A stretch of 64,000 nucleotides of DNA from Micavibrio sp. (GTDB lineage Bacteria; Patescibacteriota; Minisyncoccia; Moranbacterales; GCA-2747515), in assembly GCA_020718085.1 (NCBI GenBank), contig DYDB01000005.1, positions 4,109-68,108 on the forward strand, read 5' to 3'. The first letter of the stretch is position 1, and the number at the start of each line of letters is the position of its first letter. Below, piece after piece: positions 39,157 to 48,569 of the stretch. Under the pieces are notes generated by a model. It was not told where the DNA came from and made no database searches. It saw only the letters and a program-made list of their open reading frames with translations. A program made the translations under genes and the position numbers.

Positions 39157-40308
39157 ATGACACAAGACACCGTCGCACAATTCGAAAAATTGGTCAACAA
39201 TAGCTCTCACATCCTTATACTGTTACCAGAAAGTCCAAAGCATGATCTTTTTTGCTCTGCTTTAGCTCTTTCCCATTTTTGCGAAAACAAAAATATTCGC
39301 ACAACGATCGCATTCTCCGACCCCTATGAGGATACACAGTCTCTCAATTTCCTTCCTCACCCGCAAAACACATCGATCACTCACTCAATTTCAGGTTCTC
39401 GCGACCTCATTCTTTCCTTCAATACAAAATACAACAAAATTCTTCACGTCCGCACAGAACCTCATGACGATCACCTTGAAATTCATATCACACCGGAACA
39501 TGGTATGGTTGACTCACGCGATTTTTCTTTTTTGCCTGGAAAATTTCCTTATGATCTAATCATTGCAATTGGGGCTGTGGAAAAGGAATCCATGGGTAAA
39601 ATTTATGATGATATGCCGGATGTTTTTTATGAAATTCCTATCATTAACATCGACAATAAAAGTGCAAACGAACAATATGGTCAGGTTAATATAATCAATG
39701 CTGTTGCATCTTCCGTTTCTGAGATCATTGGTGATCTTTTGGAAAAATTACATACGCAAAAAATCCCTCAAGCCTGTGCACAATGCCTCCTCACCGGCAT
39801 CATCAGCGAAACAAATAGTTTTCAAAATCACAACACCACACCACATGCACTCACTCTTGCGAGCCATTTAATTGAATTTGGCGCAGATCAACAGATCATC
39901 ATTCGAAATTTATACCGCAATCAGACATTCTCACTGTTACAACTTTGGGGACGCGCCATGAAGAATCTCACCACACTTCCTTGTCACAAAAAAATCGTCA
40001 TCACCACGATCTCTCAGCGTGATTTTGAACAGACAAAGGCGGAAAAACACCAACTGCATGCGATTTTGAAAAAAATGAAACAAAATTATCCTTCCGGTAA
40101 AATTTTTCTTCTTATTTACGAAACTGAAACGGCTAATTTTGCAGCGCTCATTGACACGAAAAATGCCAATTTTTCACTGGATGACACAAGTGAGATCGTT
40201 AAACTTGGTGATTACAATTATGAGCTCCCTCTTACGACATTGACAATTGATGATGCCCATCGCTACATCAATGAATTTTTTGTACCACACGCTCATCTAT
40301 TGGATTAG
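39157..40308 (+). CDS. DHH/DHHA1-family (NrnA-like) phosphoesterase homolog with degenerate catalytic motifs
   Basis: Overall NrnA-like layout ('ILILLPESPKHD...SALAL' and 'TGIISETNSF'), but the canonical DxD, DHH and GGGH motifs are not intact. Confidence 0.5.
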   Translation: MTQDTVAQFEKLVNNSSHILILLPESPKHDLFCSALALSHFCENKNIRTTIAFSDPYEDTQSLNFLPHPQNTSITHSISGSRDLILSFNTKYNKILHVRTEPHDDHLEIHITPEHGMVDSRDFSFLPGKFPYDLIIAIGAVEKESMGKIYDDMPDVFYEIPIINIDNKSANEQYGQVNIINAVASSVSEIIGDLLEKLHTQKIPQACAQCLLTGIISETNSFQNHNTTPHALTLASHLIEFGADQQIIIRNLYRNQTFSLLQLWGRAMKNLTTLPCHKKIVITTISQRDFEQTKAEKHQLHAILKKMKQNYPSGKIFLLIYETETANFAALIDTKNANFSLDDTSEIVKLGDYNYELPLTTLTIDDAHRYINEFFVPHAHLLD

Positions 40309-40444
40309 AACTTTATTCTTTCACTTCTTATTAAAAACTGTTAGAATGACAGTGTTATGATGTGATACCACAATGACTGATCACTTTATTTTTTGATCTG
40401 CATATTGTGTGTTCCGCGTATTATAAAAATGAAAATCAAAACAT

Positions 40445-43400
40445 ATGGTCATCATCACGCATCCAAAGGAACCAGGTGAAAAATTACATGAACGAGAAAC
40501 CGAACGCACCTTGCAACAATTGCAGTCAAAGAGTCAGGAGGAGTTTGCATCTTACACAGCAAAGAGGCTTGGACTTCCTTATATTGATCTAAATATAACA
40601 CCTATTTCAAGCGATGATGTGGCAACCATCACAGAAGAGGATGCCAAAAAGAACCAAGTTGCAGTATTTCATAGTGCCGGAAAATATCTCAAACTTGGCA
40701 CACCACACCCAGAAAATACTGATTTGCATGCTTTTATAGAAAATTTAACAACTGTTAAGGGCTGGGATGTTGAATTGTTCGTAATTTCTCAAGATTCATT
40801 CGAAAAACTCTTACGTCAATACAAAAATTCATATTTCATCGACGCAATCGATACTATGCGATTGACACTGACAGGAAAAGATCTGGAGGAATTTGAAAAG
40901 GGACTTGGGCAATTATTGCGATTAAAAGACAATGTTGATGCACTTCCAACAACAGAGGTGCTCAACATTATTTTTTCTGGCGCTATTATGCTTCTTGCAA
41001 GCGATATTCATTTGGAACCGCAAAGAGAAATTGTGCATATGCGATATCGTATTGATGGTGTTCTGCAAAATGTCGTGTCCTTTCCTCATCACACACACAA
41101 ACTCTTGATCAATCGCATCAAGCTCATGAGCAAAATGAAAATTAACATACGCGATGAAGCGCAGGATGGACATTTTTCTTTTGCTCTGGATAACGAAACT
41201 CAAATTGATGTGCGTGTATCTACAATCCCCGGTAAAGAGTTTGAGGGTGTGGTAATGCGCTTGCTTCGCAGTGATAGCGTAACGGTTGATATCAACAGCC
41301 TAGGTCTTGCAGGCAAAGCTTTTGAAGATGTACAAAAGAACATTGCAAAAAATGCTGGTATGGTTCTCACGACCGGTCCGACAGGATCCGGCAAAACAAC
41401 CACCCTCTACACGCTCATTAATCACATCAAAACTGCGGAGACAAAAATTATTACGATCGAGGATCCAATTGAATATCAGATCGACGGCATTTCTCAAACG
41501 CAGATTTCCAAAGAACGTGGCTACACATTTGCACGAGGTCTCCGTGCGATCGTACGTCAAGATCCGGATGTGATTCTTGTGGGAGAAATTCGTGATGACG
41601 AGACTGCCGACGTTGCCGTCAATGCTGCACTCACAGGTCATCTCGTACTCTCCACATTACACACCAACAACGCGATCGCAACAATTCCTCGTCTCATGGA
41701 ATTAGGTGTCAAACCAACTCTTATTCCATCAGCTACGAACATTTTTATGGCACAGCGTCTTGTGCGCACGCTCTGTGAAAATTGCAAGGAAGAATATGTT
41801 CCTGCACAAGAAACCATTGAAATGTTCATGAAAATGGTCGCTCTCATTTCACCAAAAGCAAAATTAGAGGTGCCAAAACAGATCACAAAAATTCATCGTG
41901 CGGTTGGTTGTGAGAAATGTCATAACACAGGGTATAAAGGGCGTATAGGTATTTTTGAGGTTCTCGCCATGACAAATACCATCGAACAGTTGATCCTTGA
42001 TATGGCAAGTGAGACAGATGTTATGAAAGCAGCTCTTGAGGATGGCTTGGTTACTATGACACAAGATGGCGTGCTCAAAGCACTCAAAGGACAAACAACG
42101 ATCGAGGAGATCATGCGCGTCACCACAGAAGGTGAGTTGATCGAAAAGTTATATGAGGATCTCATGTCCCAATCACTTGCGCGTGGTATCTTCGTAAAAA
42201 ATGAAATTCAAAAACTCACAGCAGGAAATGCACAAAATTTTGATGCGATGAACACATTGATCAATGGCATGGAAGATAATGATGTGCTTCCGGCAATTCT
42301 CGCTTATGGATCAACACTCAAGTCCAGCGATATTCACATTGAACCTCAAGAGGACTTGGTGGACGTACGTATGCGTATTGATGGTGTTCTACAGTCCGTT
42401 GCGCACATGCCAATTATGAGCTACCCTCTTTTTCTCAGTAAAATCAAAGTGGTAAGCAATATTCCAACAACCATTCGCCAGGGAGTCTCCGATAGTCGAT
42501 TTCGCATTATGTATGAAAAAGATGATACCACAGAAAACCATGTGGATGTGCGTGTGTCGATCATCGTTGGTGGTTATGGTGAAACGGTTGTAATGCGTCT
42601 TCTCAACAGAGAAGCTGTGAACATCAATCTTCACACAATCGGTATTCGTGACTACAATCTTGACCGCATCATGTCTCAAGCACATAAACCCTATGGCATT
42701 ATTCTCAATACCGGTCCGACAGGATCCGGTAAAACAACCACACTTTATAGTGTATTGCGTGAGATCAACAGCCCTGACATTAAGATCATCACAATCGAAG
42801 ATCCGATTGAGTATCAATTAGATGGAATTTTGCAAACACAAATAGATAAAAAGGCCGGATACACATTTGCCTCTGCACTTCGTGCACTATTACGTCAAGA
42901 TCCGGACGTTATGCTCGTTGGTGAGATCCGTGATGAAGAAACCGCTGAAACAGCCGTTAATGCCGCTCTTACCGGACATCTCCTCATTTCTTCCCTTCAC
43001 ACCAACGACGCAGTAGGCGCCGTACAGCGCCTCATCCGACTTGGTATCGGCACTGATGACCTTACTACTGCTGTAAATGCTTTCATTGCACAACGTCTTG
43101 TACGCACACTGTGTGACTGCAAAAAAGATCGAACGCCCTCGGAAGAAGAAAAACAGATTATTGAAAAAACACTTGAAGGCATTTCTCCTCTTGTTAAAAT
43201 TCCACGTCCACAAACTGAGAAACTCTATATTCCCGGAGGATGCCCAAAGTGTAATGGAATTGGTTATAAAGGACGTACGGTCGTATCGGAGGTATTTATC
43301 ATGGATGATGATCTTCGTGGACTCATCGCTCATGGCGTACTTGTGTCCGAACTAAAAAACAAAGCCATTGAGAACGGCATGCTCACCATGGAGCAAGATG

Positions 43401-43465
43401 CTCTTCTCAAGGTTCTCGAAGGTGCAACAACATTGGAAGAGGCAAGGCGCGTCACAACATTATAA
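40445..43465 (+). CDS. Tandemly duplicated GspE/PilB-type secretion or pilus assembly ATPase. Two complete N-domain-plus-ATPase modules in one 1006-aa polypeptide.
   Basis: Two Walker A motifs, 'LTTGPTGSGKTTTLY' and 'LNTGPTGSGKTTTLY'. Two Asp boxes 'IITIEDPIEYQ'. Two Walker B motifs 'DPDV(I/M)LVGEIRD'. Two His boxes 'TGHL..S.LHTN'. Two tetra-Cys motifs (CENC...CEKC and CDC...CPKC). Confidence 0.85.
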   Translation: MVIITHPKEPGEKLHERETERTLQQLQSKSQEEFASYTAKRLGLPYIDLNITPISSDDVATITEEDAKKNQVAVFHSAGKYLKLGTPHPENTDLHAFIENLTTVKGWDVELFVISQDSFEKLLRQYKNSYFIDAIDTMRLTLTGKDLEEFEKGLGQLLRLKDNVDALPTTEVLNIIFSGAIMLLASDIHLEPQREIVHMRYRIDGVLQNVVSFPHHTHKLLINRIKLMSKMKINIRDEAQDGHFSFALDNETQIDVRVSTIPGKEFEGVVMRLLRSDSVTVDINSLGLAGKAFEDVQKNIAKNAGMVLTTGPTGSGKTTTLYTLINHIKTAETKIITIEDPIEYQIDGISQTQISKERGYTFARGLRAIVRQDPDVILVGEIRDDETADVAVNAALTGHLVLSTLHTNNAIATIPRLMELGVKPTLIPSATNIFMAQRLVRTLCENCKEEYVPAQETIEMFMKMVALISPKAKLEVPKQITKIHRAVGCEKCHNTGYKGRIGIFEVLAMTNTIEQLILDMASETDVMKAALEDGLVTMTQDGVLKALKGQTTIEEIMRVTTEGELIEKLYEDLMSQSLARGIFVKNEIQKLTAGNAQNFDAMNTLINGMEDNDVLPAILAYGSTLKSSDIHIEPQEDLVDVRMRIDGVLQSVAHMPIMSYPLFLSKIKVVSNIPTTIRQGVSDSRFRIMYEKDDTTENHVDVRVSIIVGGYGETVVMRLLNREAVNINLHTIGIRDYNLDRIMSQAHKPYGIILNTGPTGSGKTTTLYSVLREINSPDIKIITIEDPIEYQLDGILQTQIDKKAGYTFASALRALLRQDPDVMLVGEIRDEETAETAVNAALTGHLLISSLHTNDAVGAVQRLIRLGIGTDDLTTAVNAFIAQRLVRTLCDCKKDRTPSEEEKQIIEKTLEGISPLVKIPRPQTEKLYIPGGCPKCNGIGYKGRTVVSEVFIMDDDLRGLIAHGVLVSELKNKAIENGMLTMEQDALLKVLEGATTLEEARRVTTL

Positions 43466-43470
43466 AATCA

Positions 43471-43504
43471 AAAAACCGCTCACTGGATGTGAGCGGTTTT
43501 TTTG
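43471..43504 (+). terminator. Intrinsic terminator (accgctcactggatgtgagcggt followed by a T-run)
   Basis: Seen directly. Confidence 0.7.
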
Positions 43505-43523
43505 TATTGTTGACATTTTTGTA

Positions 43524-43700
43524 TCTGTAGACAGTTGCTACCTCCTTAGTTGAAACCGTAGGCAGCATACCCGCATGGTCAATGACTCATGCGGGGAGAA
43601 GAAGCGTCGAGGAGAGCCGCAGCCGAAACCACAAGAACCCGATCTGGACGAAACATCTTCCGTATGAGCTTAAAAGATAGAAAAGCCCATAGTTGTGCCT
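43524..43700 (+). ncRNA. Candidate structured RNA, GC-rich relative to its surroundings, closed by the 'gtatctgtag' / 'ctacagatac' stem. Its size and closed-hairpin architecture are compatible with 6S-like RNA, but this is unverified.
   Basis: Internal hairpin cccgcatg/catgcggg. Terminal 10-bp complementarity. It lies between a terminator and the ruvB start. Confidence 0.3.
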
Positions 43701-43771
43701 ACAGATACAAAAAAATCAACTTTTTAATGAATTCATCACAGGACTTACTATCCTAGCACACCTTTGAGTTA

Positions 43772-44878
43772 TTGTCAATAGGTGCTACAATGTACTACGT
43801 AGACATGCACTTTTTCCTTTCACAGAAAGTTTTTTTATACAAAGACACTATGACACTGATCACACATGAACATCACACTGAGATCGAAAATTCACCAGAA
43901 AACATTGACGCTCCTTCCGAGTTCACAATTGACTATACGTTGCGACCACAGCGTCTCTCTGACTACGTAGGGCAAGAAAAGATCAAGAAGCAACTCCGAA
44001 TTTTTCTCGATGCAGCCAAAAAACGCAAAGAGCCTCTTGAGCATATCCTCCTCTACGGACCTCCGGGATTAGGCAAAACCACTCTTGCCAACATCATTGC
44101 ACGCGAAATGAACGTCAATATCAAAACCACATCCGGACCGGCGATCGAGCGTGTGGGTGATCTTGGATCAATTCTTACAAATATGCAAGATGGGGACGTT
44201 CTCTTCATTGATGAAATTCATCGTCTCAATAAGGTGGTGGAAGAAGTCCTCTATCCTGCAATGGAAGATCACAAACTTGATCTCGTTGTAGGAAAAGGAC
44301 CTAGCGCTCAGGCTTTGCAAATAGATCTACCAAAATTCACGCTCATTGGTGCAACTACCCGCATGGGAAATCTCACAGGGCCCTTGCGTGATCGCTTTGG
44401 CGTTATTCATCGATTAGAATTTTACAATCAGGTAGATATTGAAAGTATCATATCCCGCAGCGCGTCAATTCTTACATGTGAAATTGATGAAGGTGGTGCA
44501 ACATGTCTTGCACGAGCCGCGCGTCAAACACCTCGCATTGCCAATCGCCTGCTCAAGCGCGCTCGTGATTGGGCAGATGTGCACGAACATGATCTGATCA
44601 ATGAACATGTTGCACATCAAGCACTTGCGATGTTAGACATTGATGAACACGGCCTAGAACCGACAGATCGTGAATTTTTACGTCTGATCATAGAAAAATT
44701 TGACGGTGGACCTGTTGGCATACAAACAATTGCCAACGCTCTCTCGGAAGAAGTGCAAACAATAGAGGATGTGTACGAGCCTTATCTTATGCAACGCGGA
44801 TTTCTTGCACGCTCACCTCGTGGACGGATCGTAACGGATCATGGCTATGCGCATATTAAAAAAAATAATTTGTTTTAA
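43772..44878 (+). CDS. ruvB: Holliday junction branch migration helicase RuvB
   Basis: '[18 protein letters not shown]', 'LFIDEIHRL' and sensor 2 are present. The likely start is an internal Met (MTLITHE). Confidence 0.95.
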   Translation: MSIGATMYYVDMHFFLSQKVFLYKDTMTLITHEHHTEIENSPENIDAPSEFTIDYTLRPQRLSDYVGQEKIKKQLRIFLDAAKKRKEPLEHILLYGPPGLGKTTLANIIAREMNVNIKTTSGPAIERVGDLGSILTNMQDGDVLFIDEIHRLNKVVEEVLYPAMEDHKLDLVVGKGPSAQALQIDLPKFTLIGATTRMGNLTGPLRDRFGVIHRLEFYNQVDIESIISRSASILTCEIDEGGATCLARAARQTPRIANRLLKRARDWADVHEHDLINEHVAHQALAMLDIDEHGLEPTDREFLRLIIEKFDGGPVGIQTIANALSEEVQTIEDVYEPYLMQRGFLARSPRGRIVTDHGYAHIKKNNLF

Positions 44879-44889
44879 ATTTTATTATT

Positions 44890-45114
44890 ATGTTTCCCAT
44901 TCTCGCACTCGTATACATTGCATTTATTCTTCTGATCGTCATATCGAGTTTTTTTATTGTGACGCGCCTGCAAGAATATTCTATTAACCCGACATTTACT
45001 AAGCCGCTTATCATCATGTTTGTCATTGTCACGATCATTTTGATCATTGTAAATTTCTCTTTTTTTGTAGCAATTCCTTTTGATGAAATGTTCTATAGTG
45101 ATAATTTATATTAA
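44890..45114 (+). CDS. Small membrane protein (74 aa)
   Basis: Two hydrophobic helices. Confidence 0.35.
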   Translation: MFPILALVYIAFILLIVISSFFIVTRLQEYSINPTFTKPLIIMFVIVTIILIIVNFSFFVAIPFDEMFYSDNLY

Positions 45115-45119
45115 AAAAT

Positions 45120-45680
45120 ATGAGACCAATTGATTATTATTTTTCTTTACAAAGCGGCAACGAAAAGATCCTGCGCATCATTCATCGACACTGGTTCAAT
45201 ATTGTAATTCAGTTCATCCCAATTTTTGCGTTGCTTGGCATGATGTTTTTGAGCATTGTGCTATATCCATACATTTTTACCGAATTCATCGACGAAAGTG
45301 CCCGCATACTTTTTTATTTTTTGCAAACGTTTTTTGCTCTATTAATGTGGATATATGGTTTTATTATCTGGTTTGACTATTATCTCGACATTTGGATCAT
45401 GACCACCGAACGCGTTGTCAATGTTGAGCAGAAAGGACTTTTTTCACGCCAAGTGAGCGAGCTTAAGTATCGCATGATCCAAGATGTATCTACAGATGTG
45501 AAAGGATTCTTTCCGACAATACTCAATTTTGGTGATTTGACGGTTCAAACGGCGGCTGAACAATCGCGATTCATGTTTCGTTCTGTCGGCAATCCTTATC
45601 ACATCAAAGCAGAGATTATGGCGCAACAAAAGAAAAAGAGCATGGAAGGCGTTACTTCCGTAAAGTTTGATCAATCGTAA
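45120..45680 (+). CDS. Membrane protein with bacterial PH-like (DUF304/bPH_2-type) architecture
   Basis: 'ILRIIHRHWFNIVIQF' followed by two TM helices and then a soluble domain. Confidence 0.45.
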   Translation: MRPIDYYFSLQSGNEKILRIIHRHWFNIVIQFIPIFALLGMMFLSIVLYPYIFTEFIDESARILFYFLQTFFALLMWIYGFIIWFDYYLDIWIMTTERVVNVEQKGLFSRQVSELKYRMIQDVSTDVKGFFPTILNFGDLTVQTAAEQSRFMFRSVGNPYHIKAEIMAQQKKKSMEGVTSVKFDQS

Positions 45681-45787
45681 AAACCACTTTGGGAAGACGA
45701 CTTTTGACATTTAAGATAGTTTTGTTAGAATAAAAAACTATATAAAAAGTACGAGAGCAGGGATCGCATCTCATAAAATCATATTTT

Positions 45788-48442
45788 ATGCGCACGATCG
45801 CTGTTTTTATATTAATATTCTCTCTTCTTTTTAAATTACAATTTGTTTGTGCAGAAAATAGCTCATCACCAGAAATTTTAAAAGATGCAGATGAAGAAGC
45901 AATAGAATCTCCATCAGAAATTGAAAATATATCAGACACAATAGAAGAAAACACATCTTTGCAACCACCTACGGAGGTCATTACAGCAGAAGATCCCAAA
46001 AAATCTATTGATGTGACAAATGGTGCTGAAACGACAATGGAACAACCTTCCGTTCAAGTAACCGAAGAACTCGTTGAGGCCCACACACAAGAAATGACTC
46101 CCTTACAAAGGATCGATCAAGATCCCTCATTAAAAATGCAGGAAAATAAGCAAAAGAAACCACTTGCACAATCCAAGGACATTTCTCTCAATGAAATTTT
46201 AGCTGATCCTGAATCCGGCAACGAATTTATCGAGATTCTAAACACAACAGACCGCCCCTTGAGTTTAGATGGGTGGTACTTATGTGACTTGTCTACATAT
46301 GATTCTGTAAATCAACAATGTGATAAAACAAGATCAAATACATATAAATTTTCACATACAAATATTGATTCGCATGCACTGATCACATTATATACAAAAA
46401 TACATATTAAATTTGGCCTCAATAATACGAGTGAAGAAATTTTCATTGAAGATGATTCTCAACACATCATTGATCATTATGCATATAAAACTTCTCACAA
46501 GGGCAAAAGCTGGAACAGCGATCCATTACAATGGTATGAAGAAACACCCACGCCAAATGCACAAAATATGCCAAATCCTCTCACAAAAGAATATCCCAAC
46601 ATTATCTTGAATGAAATTTTTCCACATCCCAAGGATAATCCAAATGATAATGAATTTATTGAAATATATAATCCCTTAAATGAAGATGTATCATTAGAGA
46701 ATTGGAAACTGATTGACGCCTCGCAATCAGGGTCATTTATATTTTCTTCTACGTCATTTACACCTTGCATCACAGATCCAGTCACGTGTTTTATTGTTCC
46801 CAAAAAAAGTTTTGTGACAGTGTACAGAAGTGACTTTGATTTTGCACTTAATGATAGTGGACCAGAAATAGTTTCTTTGGTCGCACCAAATAATAAAATT
46901 ATTTCCACCATGAGCTATGAAAACTCCGCGGAATCACTGTCACTCAATTTTTCCGCAAAGTGGTATCAGGCAGAGCCCACGCCCGGGAAAGAAAATGTTC
47001 CCGATCCACAAACACAAGCTTATCCCCAAATCCTACTCACAGAAATCCTTCCAAATCCGATTGGGGAAGAAAGTCTGAGAGAATACATCGAATTATATAA
47101 TCCTTTCGATGTGCCGGTTGATCTCAAAAACTGGACACTGCAAGATGCATCTGCTACCAGTCACCATGTCTTTTCGGACAATCTGTTCATCGCCCCATAT
47201 AGTTATCATGTGATCTATCGCGATGCGTTTATATTTGCACTAAATAACAACAAGGAAACTGTATCGCTTGTGGCGCCAAACAGTCAAATAATGAGCAAAA
47301 TATCTTATATCACGTCACGTGAAAACATTGCCTATAGTTATGATATATTAGATAAAAAATGGCGCTGGACCAAACATCTTACACCTGGCGCAAAAAATAT
47401 ATTTAACGACCTTCCTCAAATTTCACAAATTAACATCTCGCCCATCGCTTATAAAAACGTCTACACAAGTTTTACAGTCAGTGCAAAAGATCCAAACAAC
47501 GAACAACTTGCCGTTCGGTGGGATTTTGGCGATGACCACCGAAGTTATTTATGGAATACACGCCACAAGTATGTGTCCGAGGGCATCTATAACGGATCAC
47601 TACGCGTTCAAGATGAAAGCGAGGAGGTCATACACCACTTTACGGTTACTGTGCAAAAATATCCGAAATATGATCTCAAGATCAACAAGATCGCACCAAA
47701 TCCTTCCGGCAAAGATACTGGCGTGGAATATCTCATGATCCATAATCGCTCAAAGAAAGACATTGATCTGAATGGCTGGAGCATCGCAACAGGTTCAACA
47801 AAAAAGACACTTGTCAATCATCCTGTGAATCGCAAATTTACGATCAAAAAAGGCGGTTTGAAGATGATGACGCATAAATATGCCGCCATCACACTTCCCA
47901 ATAAAACTGGCGTCATTGAATTACGTCGACCGGATGGAACTGTAGCTGACCATATATCCTATGGTGATGCATCTCGATCAATTAAAAATGATGCATCTTT
48001 TGAATTGATTGATAATAAGTGGACATGGATCATTCCGGAAAACACTGCTAAAAAACAAGAAACACTTGCAATAATCATGCAAGCAATTGCAAACGAAGAT
48101 GCACTCTACCAACAAAAAAAAGAGCGTGAAATTGCATATGCTAAAATCCATGTTCCCAAAAATAATAATGCTTCCATGCATTTAGCTCATACAAGATATG
48201 CATTTTTGACATACTTATCAGAAGGGATAAATATTTTTCTTGCAAAGCATATTCCCTACATACAAAAAGAACTGATCGTTTTTTGGAAAGAACATACAAA
48301 AACAAAATGGGAACCTGCTGTTTATAAAATTGCCAATGCAAAAAGTCGTTGTTCAATCACACCTATTTTTGCACTGAATAATTCAAAATATGATTTTTGT
48401 GTAGAAAATAAATCAAACACTACTTTCATAAAAAATTTTTAG
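45788..48442 (+). CDS. Secreted protein with four lamin-tail-domain (LTD) repeats and a PKD-like domain
   Basis: Signal peptide. The four LTD repeats are 'NEILADP..NEFIEILN...LDGWYL', 'NEIFPHP...NEFIEIYNP...LENWKL', 'TEILPNP...REYIELYNP...LKNWTL' and 'INKIAPNP...VEYLMIHN...LNGWSI'. The PKD-like segment is 'VRWDFGDDHRS...HKY...G.Y.GSLRV'. Confidence 0.75.
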   Translation: MRTIAVFILIFSLLFKLQFVCAENSSSPEILKDADEEAIESPSEIENISDTIEENTSLQPPTEVITAEDPKKSIDVTNGAETTMEQPSVQVTEELVEAHTQEMTPLQRIDQDPSLKMQENKQKKPLAQSKDISLNEILADPESGNEFIEILNTTDRPLSLDGWYLCDLSTYDSVNQQCDKTRSNTYKFSHTNIDSHALITLYTKIHIKFGLNNTSEEIFIEDDSQHIIDHYAYKTSHKGKSWNSDPLQWYEETPTPNAQNMPNPLTKEYPNIILNEIFPHPKDNPNDNEFIEIYNPLNEDVSLENWKLIDASQSGSFIFSSTSFTPCITDPVTCFIVPKKSFVTVYRSDFDFALNDSGPEIVSLVAPNNKIISTMSYENSAESLSLNFSAKWYQAEPTPGKENVPDPQTQAYPQILLTEILPNPIGEESLREYIELYNPFDVPVDLKNWTLQDASATSHHVFSDNLFIAPYSYHVIYRDAFIFALNNNKETVSLVAPNSQIMSKISYITSRENIAYSYDILDKKWRWTKHLTPGAKNIFNDLPQISQINISPIAYKNVYTSFTVSAKDPNNEQLAVRWDFGDDHRSYLWNTRHKYVSEGIYNGSLRVQDESEEVIHHFTVTVQKYPKYDLKINKIAPNPSGKDTGVEYLMIHNRSKKDIDLNGWSIATGSTKKTLVNHPVNRKFTIKKGGLKMMTHKYAAITLPNKTGVIELRRPDGTVADHISYGDASRSIKNDASFELIDNKWTWIIPENTAKKQETLAIIMQAIANEDALYQQKKEREIAYAKIHVPKNNNASMHLAHTRYAFLTYLSEGINIFLAKHIPYIQKELIVFWKEHTKTKWEPAVYKIANAKSRCSITPIFALNNSKYDFCVENKSNTTFIKNF

Positions 48443-48569
48443 AATATATTATTGCACTGTGTGCCTAACACTGGTCCCAGATGGACGGTATTAAAAAAAT
48501 ATGGTTGAATTGTGAGAGGTTGGAAAGAACATGTACCTTAACACACTTACTAACGGGGAGGATTGATCC

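Noticed and set aside
40407-40592. 61-aa ORF overlapping the start of the double ATPase gene
   Set aside because: Different frame inside a well-supported long CDS. Spurious.
41200-43333. Multiple 60-150-aa antisense ORFs inside the GspE/PilB-like gene. Similar antisense ORFs occur inside nrdA, polA, metG and PBP1A.
   Set aside because: Antisense or alternative-frame ORFs within strongly supported genes. No independent evidence.
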